Below the pieces are notes generated by a model, which was not told the origin of the DNA, did no database searches, and worked only from the letters and a program-made list of their open reading frames with translations. A stretch of 38,160 nt of DNA from a virus. Shown piece after piece: positions 6,986-15,141 of this stretch (position 1 is the first letter of the stretch; the number at the start of each line of letters is the position of its first letter). The stretch lies in the UHGV virus genome UHGV-0137970. One strand, given 5' to 3'. Position numbers and translations under genes: made by a program.

Positions 6986-7252
6986 ATGAAGATTATAAGA
7001 GAGAATGACAAATATTATTTATTACAACAAGACAAAAAACTTGAATTTACAGATGACGCTTTAAAAATGATTATTGTGTATGAAGCCTTAACCGTTTTAG
7101 ATGTTGCCAAGAATGTAAAATTTGAAGCTTGTTATATAGATAATAACACTATATTTTACATAAAAGGGATAACTGTATTTACTGATGAATTGAGTTATTT
7201 TTTTAAAGATTGCGAACATTTTTTAAAAGAATCGAAAAATGTTTTGTTTTAA
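6986..7252 (+). CDS. hypothetical early protein (88 aa)
   Basis: RBS GGAGGTAGAGAAATG. Confidence 0.4.
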   Translation: MKIIRENDKYYLLQQDKKLEFTDDALKMIIVYEALTVLDVAKNVKFEACYIDNNTIFYIKGITVFTDELSYFFKDCEHFLKESKNVLF

Positions 7253-7263
7253 GGGGGTAAATT

Positions 7264-7425
7264 ATGAAAGCATTTAACAGACCAAGAAAAGAAAAACACA
7301 CTACAAAAACAAAATGGAAACTTTGCGTTTTTGATTACTTCACATTCTCAAAGAGTAGTAAAAAGAAAAGTTACACCGATGACCTATTCGGAGATGATCC
7401 AATAGTACATAAAAGATATTTTTAG
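7264..7425 (+). CDS. possible small basic ORF (53 aa)
   Basis: RBS AAGGGGGTAAATTATG. Confidence 0.3.
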   Translation: MKAFNRPRKEKHTTKTKWKLCVFDYFTFSKSSKKKSYTDDLFGDDPIVHKRYF

Positions 7426-7477
7426 TTTTGATAATAGCTCTTGATCTTTCGAGAGCTGATATAAAAATTAAAAACTG
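7424..7477 (+). promoter_or_regulatory. intergenic hairpin element E4 (TTTTAGTTTTGATA + AGCTCTtgatctttcgAGAGCT + TATAAAAATTAAAA)
   Basis: Contains TTTCGAGAGCT, a half-copy of the 18-bp palindrome. 26-nt TTGATA...TATAAAAAT spacing identical to E3. Confidence 0.4.
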
Positions 7478-7488
7478 GAGGTAGAAAG

Positions 7489-8100
7489 ATGAAAAAAGAA
7501 ATGTTTGATAGCATGTATATGCTAGACCTTACAGGAAAGGTCGAAAAAGATTATAAAGGGTTGAATTATATTTCATGGGCTAACGCCTACAAGTTAGCTA
7601 TGGAGCAGGACCCACAAATGACGTTTGAAGTATTGGAAGACGCCGACGGATTCCCATTATTTAGCCGTGGAACTTGTCACATGGTAAAAACTACAGTAAC
7701 AATGTTCGGAGAAACTAAAAAAATGTTTCTCCCTGTAATGGATAACAGACACAACGCAGTCGCAGAGCCTAACACTAGACAAATAAGTGATAGTATAATG
7801 CGTTGTCTAGTTAAAAATATAGCCCTTTTCGGTATAGGTCTAAGCCTATACACTGGTGAAGATTTAGAACAATTTAAAAGCCCTGAGCAGTTAATGAAAG
7901 AAGCAGAAGATAAAATAAAAATAGAAGATACACCAAGCCCAGAGGATAGAAAAATATTTATTGATGTTTTAAAGAGCCAATATTCAAATGAAGTTATTGA
8001 AAAAGCTTGTAAAGATAGTGATATTGATTTAGCTAATGCAACAAAATCAGAACTAAAATATCTTAGAAATATATTGAAAAGTAGTAAAAAAGTAAGTTAA
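7489..8100 (+). CDS. Rad52-like single-strand annealing protein (DUF1071/Sak-type SSAP)
   Basis: YISWANAYKLAMEQDP...VKTTVTMFGETKKMFLPVMDNRHNAV...IMRCLVKNIALFGIGLSLYTGEDLE reproduces the YLSWA...LPVMD...QR.L.K..A.HGLGLYlYaGEDLP signature that I recall for this phage SSAP family. Confidence 0.65.
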   Translation: MKKEMFDSMYMLDLTGKVEKDYKGLNYISWANAYKLAMEQDPQMTFEVLEDADGFPLFSRGTCHMVKTTVTMFGETKKMFLPVMDNRHNAVAEPNTRQISDSIMRCLVKNIALFGIGLSLYTGEDLEQFKSPEQLMKEAEDKIKIEDTPSPEDRKIFIDVLKSQYSNEVIEKACKDSDIDLANATKSELKYLRNILKSSKKVS

Positions 8101-8150
8101 TATAATATAATTAATTTCCTGGGGCACTTGCTCCAGGAATAAGGAGGAAG
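8100..8150 (+). promoter_or_regulatory. intergenic hairpin element E5 (CCTGGggcacttgctCCAGG) upstream of an RBS
   Basis: tataatataattaatttCCTGGggcacttgctCCAGGaataaggaggaag. Confidence 0.35.
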
Positions 8151-8153
8151 AAA

Positions 8154-8714
8154 ATGGCTGAAAGATTAGAAGATTTTTTATTATTTTTAGATTTTGCAGG
8201 GATTAGCCCTGAAAATGCGGTAACAGATGGACAAAGAGCAATAGAATATTTTTATACCACTAGAGAAAGAACAATCCAAAGTCCAAGAGGTGGATGGAGA
8301 AAAAGACTTTACAAATACCCTAAAATTAAACTTACTGATTTTATGAACAAAAAAAAATTAGTTGATATAATACTTAAAGACAAAATAAAAGATATCCAGT
8401 CTAATACTGAAATAAATATTAACTGGTGGGATAATGGTTGTGGTAGAAAGTTTTATATTGATTGCCCTGAGTTTTCTTGCGAGGTTAGAACCACTGGAAA
8501 CACTAAAGTAAAAAAAGGTTGGTATAGATCGTTAGAAATCATAGAGCCTGATTTTACAAATGATCATTTTAAAATTAAAGAATTCAATGTATATGTAGCT
8601 AATGTTAAATTTAAAAATCTTACTCGTGAAGAGCATACAAATGCTGTTTTAAAATTTACTTTCCAAAAACACAGGGTTGGATTTTGGAAAGATAGAGAAA
8701 AAATGTTACCATAA
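8154..8714 (+). CDS. hypothetical 186-aa protein downstream of the SSAP. Possible nuclease partner
   Basis: Genetic context (recombination module). Weak PD-(D/E)xK-like spacing (EPDF...KEFNVYVANVK). Low confidence in function. Confidence 0.4.
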   Translation: MAERLEDFLLFLDFAGISPENAVTDGQRAIEYFYTTRERTIQSPRGGWRKRLYKYPKIKLTDFMNKKKLVDIILKDKIKDIQSNTEININWWDNGCGRKFYIDCPEFSCEVRTTGNTKVKKGWYRSLEIIEPDFTNDHFKIKEFNVYVANVKFKNLTREEHTNAVLKFTFQKHRVGFWKDREKMLP

Positions 8715-8718
8715 AAAA

Positions 8719-8757
8719 TAACACCCCACCTAGCCGACAAGATGGGGGGTTATTTTG
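8719..8757. terminator. terminator of the early operon (AACACCCCA...TGGGGGGTT, then TATTTTG). Also reads as a terminator on the minus strand
   Basis: GC-rich imperfect stem flanked by A-run and T-run. Confidence 0.4.
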
Positions 8758-8892
8758 AATAACGGTTAAAAACTTTTTACTACTTTTAACCTCCTAATGA
8801 TTTTTATAGATATAGATAAAAATCTTATTGGGGTTTAAAAATCAAAGTAGTAGTAATGAATAAATTAAATTAAAAAAATCAGGTTCTAATTA

Positions 8893-8921
8893 ATAGTATA
8901 ACAATTACCTAGAAGTTTCAA
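8893..8921 (-). promoter_or_regulatory. minus-strand promoter candidate inside the conserved motif AAATTTGAAACTTCTAGGTAAT (TTGAAA-17-TACTAT)
   Basis: Near-identical motif copy at 19941-19975. Would drive a short leftward non-coding transcript ending at the 8719-8757 hairpin. Confidence 0.3.
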
Positions 8922-8946
8922 ATTTTTCTTAAAACTTACGCAGAGC

Positions 8947-9042
8947 AAAAAAAGAAGAAAGCCTATCACCCAATAGGCTTTCTGATTACAGTTTGGTTTT
9001 TGGGTTTGTTTTATCTTGTGAGGATAAAACGGCTTTAAAGCT
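8947..9042 (-). ncRNA. candidate small RNA (~95 nt) next to the plasmid origin
   Basis: Transcribed from promoter 9049-9077. Internal hairpin GTTTTATCctcacaaGATAAAAC, C/A-rich linker, then terminator GAAAGCCTAT-caccca-ATAGGCTTTC + UUCUUUUUUU (8957-8982). Overlaps only the implausible ORF 8886-9131. Confidence 0.3.
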
Positions 9043-9048
9043 ACTTTA

Positions 9049-9077
9049 ATAATACCATACATATTAAATTGTGTCAA
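9049..9077 (-). promoter_or_regulatory. sigma70-like promoter TTGACA-17-TATTAT (minus strand)
   Basis: Minus read: TTGACAcaatttaatatgtatggTATTAT. Confidence 0.45.
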
Positions 9078-9119
9078 ACTTAATATATAAAAATTAAATT
9101 TTGATGGGAAGTTCAAGTG

Positions 9120-9410
9120 ATAGGGTACCATTTTGTCACATTAATTTTTAAACCTACCAATATTAATAATTATGTATTGATAGATAAGGTACCTTTTTGT
9201 CAAATAAAAAAAGAGTGACAAAATGTCACCTATTTATAAGTTTATAAGTTTATATAGTTTAAGGAGCTCAAGACTTCCCTAAAAATAAGGACTTTAGCGA
9301 CATAAAAGTGAAGTCTTGTCAGTTTTCTGTGACGTTTTGTCAATAAAGTGTGAAGTCTTGTCAGTTTTCTGTGATGTTTTGTCAGCAAAGTGTGACGTTT
9401 TGTCAGAACT
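9120..9410. repeat. iteron array of a Rep_3-type origin (2.5 tandem ~42-bp repeats plus scattered TTTTGTCA/GTGACA boxes)
   Basis: aaagtgaagtcttgtcagttttctgtgacgttttgtcaat / aaagtgtgaagtcttgtcagttttctgtgatgttttgtcagc / aaagtgtgacgttttgtcag. Upstream boxes at 9127-9140, 9193-9228. Confidence 0.7.
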
Positions 9411-9448
9411 GTTTTTACTTATAAAGTATTAAAGATGTTTATAATGTA

Positions 9449-9475
9449 ATGTGAAAAATTGTTGCTTTTTTCACT
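9449..9475. promoter_or_regulatory. inverted repeat GTGAAAAAttgttgcTTTTTTCAC (candidate RepB operator), followed by an AT-rich DUE-like stretch
   Basis: Second copy GTGAAAAtttattaTTTTTTTCAC at 9619-9648, just before the repB RBS. Confidence 0.4.
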
Positions 9476-9618
9476 CATTGAATATAAAATGTGGTTATTA
9501 CTTATTTATAATTAAAATTTATATTCCAACATTTGTTACAAAATGTCGTACTTTAAAGTGTGAAAAAAACTTAATTTTTGGGTAGATTTTATTTAAAAAA
9601 TATTGTATATTTAATTAA

Positions 9619-9648
9619 GCGTGAAAATTTATTATTTTTTTCACACTA
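9619..9648. promoter_or_regulatory. second GTGAAAA/TTTTCAC inverted repeat overlapping the repB promoter region
   Basis: See 9449-9475. Confidence 0.4.
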
Positions 9649-9677
9649 TGATTACAATTTTAAAGAAAGGGGTTAGA

Positions 9678-10595
9678 ATGGAAAAAGAATCAAATGCAAT
9701 AGTAGAGTATAGTAAAGATTTTGCTACTTCTATGAATAATTATTCAGCTTATGAAATGGATTTAGTATTAACTTTAGCTTACTCAGCAAGAAAAAAAGTT
9801 ACCGACCACATGAATGTGGCAGTAGATAAAGATTTAGAATTAGAATTATCCTCACAAGCTATAAAAAAATTACTTCAAGGTAATGTTTCAATGAAAAGAT
9901 TAACAGAATCACTAGAGAAAATTTATGATACTAAAATTTACTTTGAGGAAGATGAGTATAATGTTTGTGAACATATATTTGATAAGCTATGTTTCAGTAA
10001 AGATAATAAAAAGATTATTTTTGTTCTTAAAAAGAAATATATTCATTTGTTTTTTAATCTTACTGGAAATTTTACCCAACATGAGCTTTTAGAATTTGCA
10101 AGTCTAAAGGGTAAATATGCTAAAAAAATATATCAAATTGTGATGAGCTATAAAGGGCTAAAAAAGAAAGAATATTCAGGAGAGTTTTTCAGGCACTTAT
10201 TAAATGTTCCTGAATCATATAGATGGGCAGATGTCGAAGCTAAGGTTATAGGGGTGACTAAAAAAGAATTTGAAAAAACTAATATAATAAACTTAGAACT
10301 GGAGAGAAAAAGAGCAGGAAAAGAAGTTGATAAAGTCATATTACATTGGGATATAAAAGAACCTGAAATAATAAAAGAAGAGCCAAAGAAAAAGCCTAAA
10401 AAAGAAGTAAAGAAAGAAGAAATTGAAGATATAAAAATTGTAGAACCTGAAGACCTTACACCAGAGGAAGAAGAAAAAGGACTTGAAAAATTAATATCTG
10501 ATGGAATGGATAAAGGCTTTATTGAAACTATGAAAAGAAATAATAAAACTATGTATATTAATTTTATAAGAGCTTGTTTAAAAGGGGTGGAGTAA
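9678..10595 (+). CDS. repB: Rep_3-family (RepA/RepB-type) theta replication initiator
   Basis: Sits directly downstream of iterons. Winged-helix-like segments (FTQHELLEFASLKGKYAKKIYQIVMSYKGL). Lys/Glu-rich C-terminal tail. Start placed at MEKESN... after RBS AAAGGGGTTAGAATG. Confidence 0.65.
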   Translation: MEKESNAIVEYSKDFATSMNNYSAYEMDLVLTLAYSARKKVTDHMNVAVDKDLELELSSQAIKKLLQGNVSMKRLTESLEKIYDTKIYFEEDEYNVCEHIFDKLCFSKDNKKIIFVLKKKYIHLFFNLTGNFTQHELLEFASLKGKYAKKIYQIVMSYKGLKKKEYSGEFFRHLLNVPESYRWADVEAKVIGVTKKEFEKTNIINLELERKRAGKEVDKVILHWDIKEPEIIKEEPKKKPKKEVKKEEIEDIKIVEPEDLTPEEEEKGLEKLISDGMDKGFIETMKRNNKTMYINFIRACLKGVE

Positions 10596-11101
10596 TGAAA
10601 ATAAACTACAAAAAAAGATTGGAATTACTAAAAGAAGAACATGAGAAATTATCAGGAACAAGAATAAAAGATAGTTTAGAGCTAGAAAAGCAGCTTGACT
10701 GGTATCATTATGCTTTAAAAAAATTAAAAGCAATTCCAGATATATATTTTGAACCTCACGAAAAAGAAAGATTAATGGAAAAGTTTAAAAATAAATATTG
10801 GTTTCTTATGCAAGAAGAAAGAGAAGAACCGATAAAATATATTTTACCAGAATGTGGACAAGTATTAATATACAAACTCCAAAAAAGAGATGTTGAAATT
10901 CAAGAGGAGTTAAAGTTTGAAAATGCTAGAGAGCATTACAAGGAATATTTAGACTGGTACTGTAAAGCTTGTGAAGAGCTTAATAAAATACCCGATATTT
11001 GCTTTGATGATAAAGAGAGAAAAGAGATTGTAGAGCATTTTGAAAAACAATTTCTTAATATACTTACTTTAATACAGGGGGTAGAAAATGAAAATAATTA
11101 G
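10595..11101 (+). CDS. hypothetical 168-aa protein with an internal tandem duplication, translationally coupled between repB and parA
   Basis: TAATG overlap with repB and overlap with parA. Repeats LDWYHYALKKLKAIPDIYFEPHEKERLMEKF and LDWYCKACEELNKIPDICFDDKERKEIVEHF. Confidence 0.5.
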   Translation: MKINYKKRLELLKEEHEKLSGTRIKDSLELEKQLDWYHYALKKLKAIPDIYFEPHEKERLMEKFKNKYWFLMQEEREEPIKYILPECGQVLIYKLQKRDVEIQEELKFENAREHYKEYLDWYCKACEELNKIPDICFDDKERKEIVEHFEKQFLNILTLIQGVENENN

Positions 11102-11822
11102 TTTTATGGTTGAAAAGGGTGGAACAGGTAAAACAACAGGAGCTAGAGAAGTAGCTGGAATGTTACAAAGGGATAAGAAAGTCTTGCTTATAGATTTAGA
11201 CTTCCAAAGAAACCTTAGTACATCATTAAATTTCGAGAGCTCTCGAAATATTTATGACGCTATTATGAAGAGGGATTTTAAAGGGAATATTGTTAAGATA
11301 ACAGATAACCTAGATTTAATACCTGGAGATCTAAGAATGAGAAACTTAGATGATGATTTAAAAGTTAGTATCACATCTGATTTTGTGATTAAAGAGCAAT
11401 TATCTGTGATTAATCACTATGATTATGTGATTATAGATTGTAGACCTGATATGAAAAAGCCTGAAACAAATGCAATTAATGCAAGTGATATAGTTTTAAC
11501 ACCAATAGAGCCTCACTCGTTTAGCTTAGATGGATTTGATATTTTAGAAAGTTTTATAGGAACGCATAAAAGCACTCTAAAACCTAATCTAATACATAAA
11601 GGGTATCTTAGTCGCGTACCCAACGACAAAAAGTTTTTAGAGGGTATTGGGGAGCTCTTGATTGATTATCGTGAGGATATGTTAGTGAGTTTTATAAGAG
11701 AGAATATAAAACTTAAAGAAGCTGAAATGTGTGGTGAGTTTATATATGAGTATTCACCACGTAGTAATGGTACAACAGACTTTGAAAATTTAACAAGGGA
11801 GATATTAAGATATGGTAAGTAA
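11088..11822 (+). CDS. parA: ParA/Soj-family partition ATPase (type Ib, no N-terminal HTH)
   Basis: Deviant Walker A MKIISFMVEKGGTGKTT. Size of 244 aa. Operon position after rep. Confidence 0.85.
   Translation: MKIISFMVEKGGTGKTTGAREVAGMLQRDKKVLLIDLDFQRNLSTSLNFESSRNIYDAIMKRDFKGNIVKITDNLDLIPGDLRMRNLDDDLKVSITSDFVIKEQLSVINHYDYVIIDCRPDMKKPETNAINASDIVLTPIEPHSFSLDGFDILESFIGTHKSTLKPNLIHKGYLSRVPNDKKFLEGIGELLIDYREDMLVSFIRENIKLKEAEMCGEFIYEYSPRSNGTTDFENLTREILRYGK
11231..11248. repeat. 18-bp perfect palindrome TTTCGAGAGCTCTCGAAA (site B, inside parA)
   Basis: Encodes NFESSRNI in parA. Different reading frame from site A, so conservation is at DNA level. Confidence 0.8.
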
Positions 11823-12483
11823 ATTTAATAAAGCTCTTAGACGTCGTGAAAGGGTCGTTCCTGCCCTTTCACAAGAAAGTAATACAATAAGTCAAGTAAT
11901 AGCCGAGGAGCTTTATTTTGACTATAATAGGCTCGTGATAGATACAGATGATAAGAACTCTTTAATAACTTATGAGAAAGAACTTCTTTACCAAAGAAAA
12001 AGAATTGGAGAAATTGCACTAACATTAGGGGAAACTTTGGAAAAGGCAAGAGAGATATTTGCTAAAAATAACCTTGAGGAAACTTTTACAGAGTGGTACA
12101 CAACGCTTGGGTACAACAAGGACCAAGTGTATTTACTAAGGGGTAGATATAGATTGTATCTGGAAAACCCAAGTTATAAAGATAGAGTCCAATCTCTATC
12201 TGATGTAGAGGTAAAAGAGGTTATTAATAAGGCTACTCCTCCAGCATTAGTATTTAAAGTATTAGATGGAGAAGTAAGAACAGGTAAAGGAATTAAAGAG
12301 GCTCGTAACCATTTTGCCGATGTCAACAAAATGGTAGATGCCGACGCCAGCAAAACGATAAATATTAAGAGTGAAAAGAGTATCCAAGATAGAATAATGG
12401 AAATTAATGATGAGATCTACAAGCATGAAACGGCTATAAAACTACTAAGAGAAGAAATGGCGGACCTAGTAAAGAAGCTTTAA
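11812..12483 (+). CDS. putative partition partner (ParB-like / centromere-binding adaptor), 223 aa
   Basis: Overlaps the parA stop. Coiled-coil-rich. Lacks the canonical ParB GxRR box, so assignment is by position only. Confidence 0.4.
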   Translation: MVSKFNKALRRRERVVPALSQESNTISQVIAEELYFDYNRLVIDTDDKNSLITYEKELLYQRKRIGEIALTLGETLEKAREIFAKNNLEETFTEWYTTLGYNKDQVYLLRGRYRLYLENPSYKDRVQSLSDVEVKEVINKATPPALVFKVLDGEVRTGKGIKEARNHFADVNKMVDADASKTINIKSEKSIQDRIMEINDEIYKHETAIKLLREEMADLVKKL

Positions 12484-12496
12484 AAGCTTACGTAGA

Positions 12497-12530
12497 GCTA
12501 AAAAGGGGAAATTAAGCCCCTTTTTGTTTT
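12497..12530. terminator. bidirectional terminator between the par operon and the convergent minus-strand genes
   Basis: AAAAGGGGaaattaagCCCCTTTTT with T-runs on both sides. Confidence 0.55.
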
Positions 12531-12855
12531 ACATCTCTGAGATTTCTTTAGTTAAATGTTTTACTCTTTCTTCTAATATCTCATACACACAACGCCATGC
12601 CATTGCTTTTTCTTCTATGACGTCTCTATCATGTCCATTCTGACGTTCTCTAGTTTCATAGTCTCTTATTATATTACCGTATCTATCCAAGCCCTTATTT
12701 GCCCAATCAAGACGTTGCTTAGCAGATTGAATATAAAAGTTTTCCATGTCTGTGTCTTGTTCCTCTTTTTCTCTTTTAGCGTTTTTCAAATCATATCCGC
12801 TGTCTTTTATATGGTCTTCTATTGTCCATATAAGCCTTTTTAATTTATGTTTCAT
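12529..12855 (-). CDS. hypothetical protein (108 aa)
   Basis: ORF with RBS GAGGAGG. Charged, helical. Confidence 0.4.
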   Translation of the reverse strand: MKHKLKRLIWTIEDHIKDSGYDLKNAKREKEEQDTDMENFYIQSAKQRLDWANKGLDRYGNIIRDYETRERQNGHDRDVIEEKAMAWRCVYEILEERVKHLTKEISEM

Positions 12856-12856
12856 C

Positions 12857-13177
12857 TTACATTCCTCCTCTTATGTACTGAAATAACTTATCTACATCTT
12901 GTTCATTAAATTTAAAACCACCAAAAATAAAATCCCCACTTTCTTTTATTCCTATCTTCATAGCATTGTATAAAGAATCAATATCTATATCTCCATCAGG
13001 TGATACTAGACCCATGTTTTGAAGTGTTGGAAGATATTCTTGTAGCATTCTTTCTCCTTTTTCAGCTCCTAAAGCTACCCCTGAATATATCAAAAACTTT
13101 TTAATCCCTGTAGCTTTAGAGGCTACCTCTTGTTTTATATATTTAAGTATTCCTAGTTCTATATCAGTTAGTTTCAT
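12857..13177 (-). CDS. hypothetical protein (106 aa)
   Basis: ORF with RBS AGGAGG. Adjacent to the previous gene. Confidence 0.4.
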   Translation of the reverse strand: MKLTDIELGILKYIKQEVASKATGIKKFLIYSGVALGAEKGERMLQEYLPTLQNMGLVSPDGDIDIDSLYNAMKIGIKESGDFIFGGFKFNEQDVDKLFQYIRGGM

Positions 13178-13223
13178 TGGTCCTCCTTATGAAAATAGGA
13201 TAGCTTAGCTATCCTATTTATTT

Positions 13224-13808
13224 TTATTTAGTTGCTGGAGCTGGTGTTGTTTGAGTTGCTGTTGGAGCTTCCCAAGCATTGTATCTAGGCATTACACCAG
13301 GACATAATGAATCTAAAGGCGTTACAAGTTTTCCAGGAACGAATGTTGCATTTACATAGCAATATAGGTTTTGGTCTCCTGCTGCTCTTCTTTCAGCTTC
13401 AAGAGCAATAGCTCCCTCTAAGTTAGTCTTAACTTTGTCTATTTCACAACTAAGTTGAGCTAGTCTAACTCTGTTATCAACTGCTTCTTTATTTAGATTT
13501 TCAAATAGAGTAGCATACTTTTCATCTTTTTTCTCAAATATTCCAAGCACTTCTTTGAATGTATTGATACCTACTCCATCTGCATACTTTTCAGCTTTAA
13601 GTTGTGCTATCTCTGCGTCTTTTTTACCAAGTTCTGCTACTGCTCCAAGTCCAGCTAAAGTATTGGTATTGTTACAGTTTCCTCCAAATAGTCCTCCTAG
13701 TAGTCCATTACCATTATTAGAACCATTTAAGATTCCTAAAGCTGTACCAGCTATTCCAAGACCTAGTCCAGTACCCGCTACACCTTTACTTGCATATTCT
13801 TCTGCCAT
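13224..13808 (-). CDS. membrane protein with N-terminal glycine-zipper TM segment, coiled coil and Cys-containing C-terminal domain
   Basis: GVAGTGLGLGIAGTALGILNG (GxxxG repeats). Heptad-like middle. C-terminal LYCYVNATFVPG...LCPGV. RBS AAGGAGG. Confidence 0.45.
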   Translation of the reverse strand: MAEEYASKGVAGTGLGLGIAGTALGILNGSNNGNGLLGGLFGGNCNNTNTLAGLGAVAELGKKDAEIAQLKAEKYADGVGINTFKEVLGIFEKKDEKYATLFENLNKEAVDNRVRLAQLSCEIDKVKTNLEGAIALEAERRAAGDQNLYCYVNATFVPGKLVTPLDSLCPGVMPRYNAWEAPTATQTTPAPATK

Positions 13809-14217
13809 AATATTACCTCCTTATAAGTGATATATTCATTGTATAACTTATAAGAAATTCATGCTTTAAAATAAAATTAAATAATATTTTATAATACAAA
13901 AACACGCCTACCAAATTTAGTAGGCGTGCTGTTTTTAAACTTTTTTCTCTTCAAAATATTTCTTTAATATCTTGTTGATGATAGAAGATTTAGTCTCATT
14001 AAAATCCCCATTTTCAACTAGTTTGATAATTTTTCTCTCCATGTTTTTGCTAGTGTTAAAGCATATTTTCGTAACATCTTTTCTACTCATTAATTCCCTC
14101 CCAAAAATTTTATTATATGTGCTCCTCCCATGTTGTTTTAAACTGTTATTTTATTTTGTTGGTACGTTTCTTTAATTCTGATTTATGCAATAACATTTTT
14201 AGTATATCACATTTTCT

Positions 14218-14535
14218 TTAATTAGACAAAAATTTATCCCTTAAAAAATTCAAGTCATCTTTTAAGTCGTCTTTCATTTCTTTAATTGTAGACTTTAGCT
14301 CCTCATCTCTTTTACCGAGTTCAGACTTCAAATCCTTTAAACTTTCTTTTATCTCCTTATCTCTTTCGTCAGAATCTTCTTTTAATTTTGAGATCTCTTT
14401 ATACATTTCTTTTCTAACATTCTCAATAGTCCTTATAATAAACTTATGATATGTGAAAATCCCTGCTGTAAAAGTTGCTATTACAGAAAATAATGTTGCA
14501 AGAACTGTAACTATCAAATCTAAGTCTTGTAGCAC
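14218..14535 (-). CDS. single-TM protein with highly charged coiled-coil tail (i-spanin-like or holin-like lysis protein)
   Basis: LDLIVTVLATLFSVIATFTAGIFTY TM, then a K/E/D-rich helix. GTG start abutting the upstream small ORF. Lies in the lysis cassette. Confidence 0.4.
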   Translation of the reverse strand: MLQDLDLIVTVLATLFSVIATFTAGIFTYHKFIIRTIENVRKEMYKEISKLKEDSDERDKEIKESLKDLKSELGKRDEELKSTIKEMKDDLKDDLNFLRDKFLSN

Positions 14536-14706
14536 TATACATCACCATGTGTTTTTTTAAATATAGCTTCATAGAGTTCATCATCTACTTTACTATCTGT
14601 TCTTTTAACAAGTTCCCCCAGTAATATAATTACTATTTTTTCAACCGCTACAGTTCCAAACCATTTGCATATAAAGTACTTTAAGAATGATATAACAACA
14701 TTCATT
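14536..14706 (-). CDS. small hydrophobic protein (56 aa), holin candidate
   Basis: Manual translation MNVVISFLKYFICKWFGTVAVEKIVIILLGELVKRTDSKVDDELYEAIFKKTHGDV. Sits immediately after the endolysin. Confidence 0.35.
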
Positions 14707-14709
14707 TAA

Positions 14710-15141
14710 TCACTCTCCATAATATAGTTTCGCTTCTCTTTTTCTTCTGCTTGTAAGTCCTGCAAGAACTCTTCCTCCGGCTTTATTCCATCTTAGAAAC
14801 TGTTCTCTAATTTCATTATATGGTGCATTAGTGTTAATCTTTTTAGCTAGTGTTGAGTTTTTAAAAGCTTGAGTTCCTACGTTAAATGTGAAACTCACAA
14901 GGGCGTCAAACTGGTGTTGCAAAAGAGGGTGCTTGATAGTTTCATTAACTGCCTTTTCAAATCTACATAAGTCCGATTTTAAAAGTTGTCTTGACTGTTC
15001 TTTGGTAATTTTCATATCTGGAGTTACTCCACCAGTGTGACCTACTCCAATAGTCCAAACTCCAGCTTGACATCTGTAAGCATGAAGTACTTCTCCCTCT
15101 TCTTTAATAATAAACTCAATTCCTTTATCTGATGTTTTCAT
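14710..15141 (-). CDS. endolysin, T4-type lysozyme (GH24, Phage_lysozyme)
   Basis: GIEFIIKEEGEVLHAYRCQAGVWTIGVGHTGG...QFDALVSFTFNVGTQAF...FLRWNKAGGRVLAGLTSRRKREAKLY matches the E...D...T-catalytic-core lysozyme family throughout. Confidence 0.85.
   Translation of the reverse strand: MKTSDKGIEFIIKEEGEVLHAYRCQAGVWTIGVGHTGGVTPDMKITKEQSRQLLKSDLCRFEKAVNETIKHPLLQHQFDALVSFTFNVGTQAFKNSTLAKKINTNAPYNEIREQFLRWNKAGGRVLAGLTSRRKREAKLYYGE

Noticed and set aside
8886-9131. Minus-strand ORF 8886-9131 (81 aa)
   Set aside because: Spans a promoter and a perfect terminator hairpin. Low-complexity translation. Better explained as an sRNA locus.
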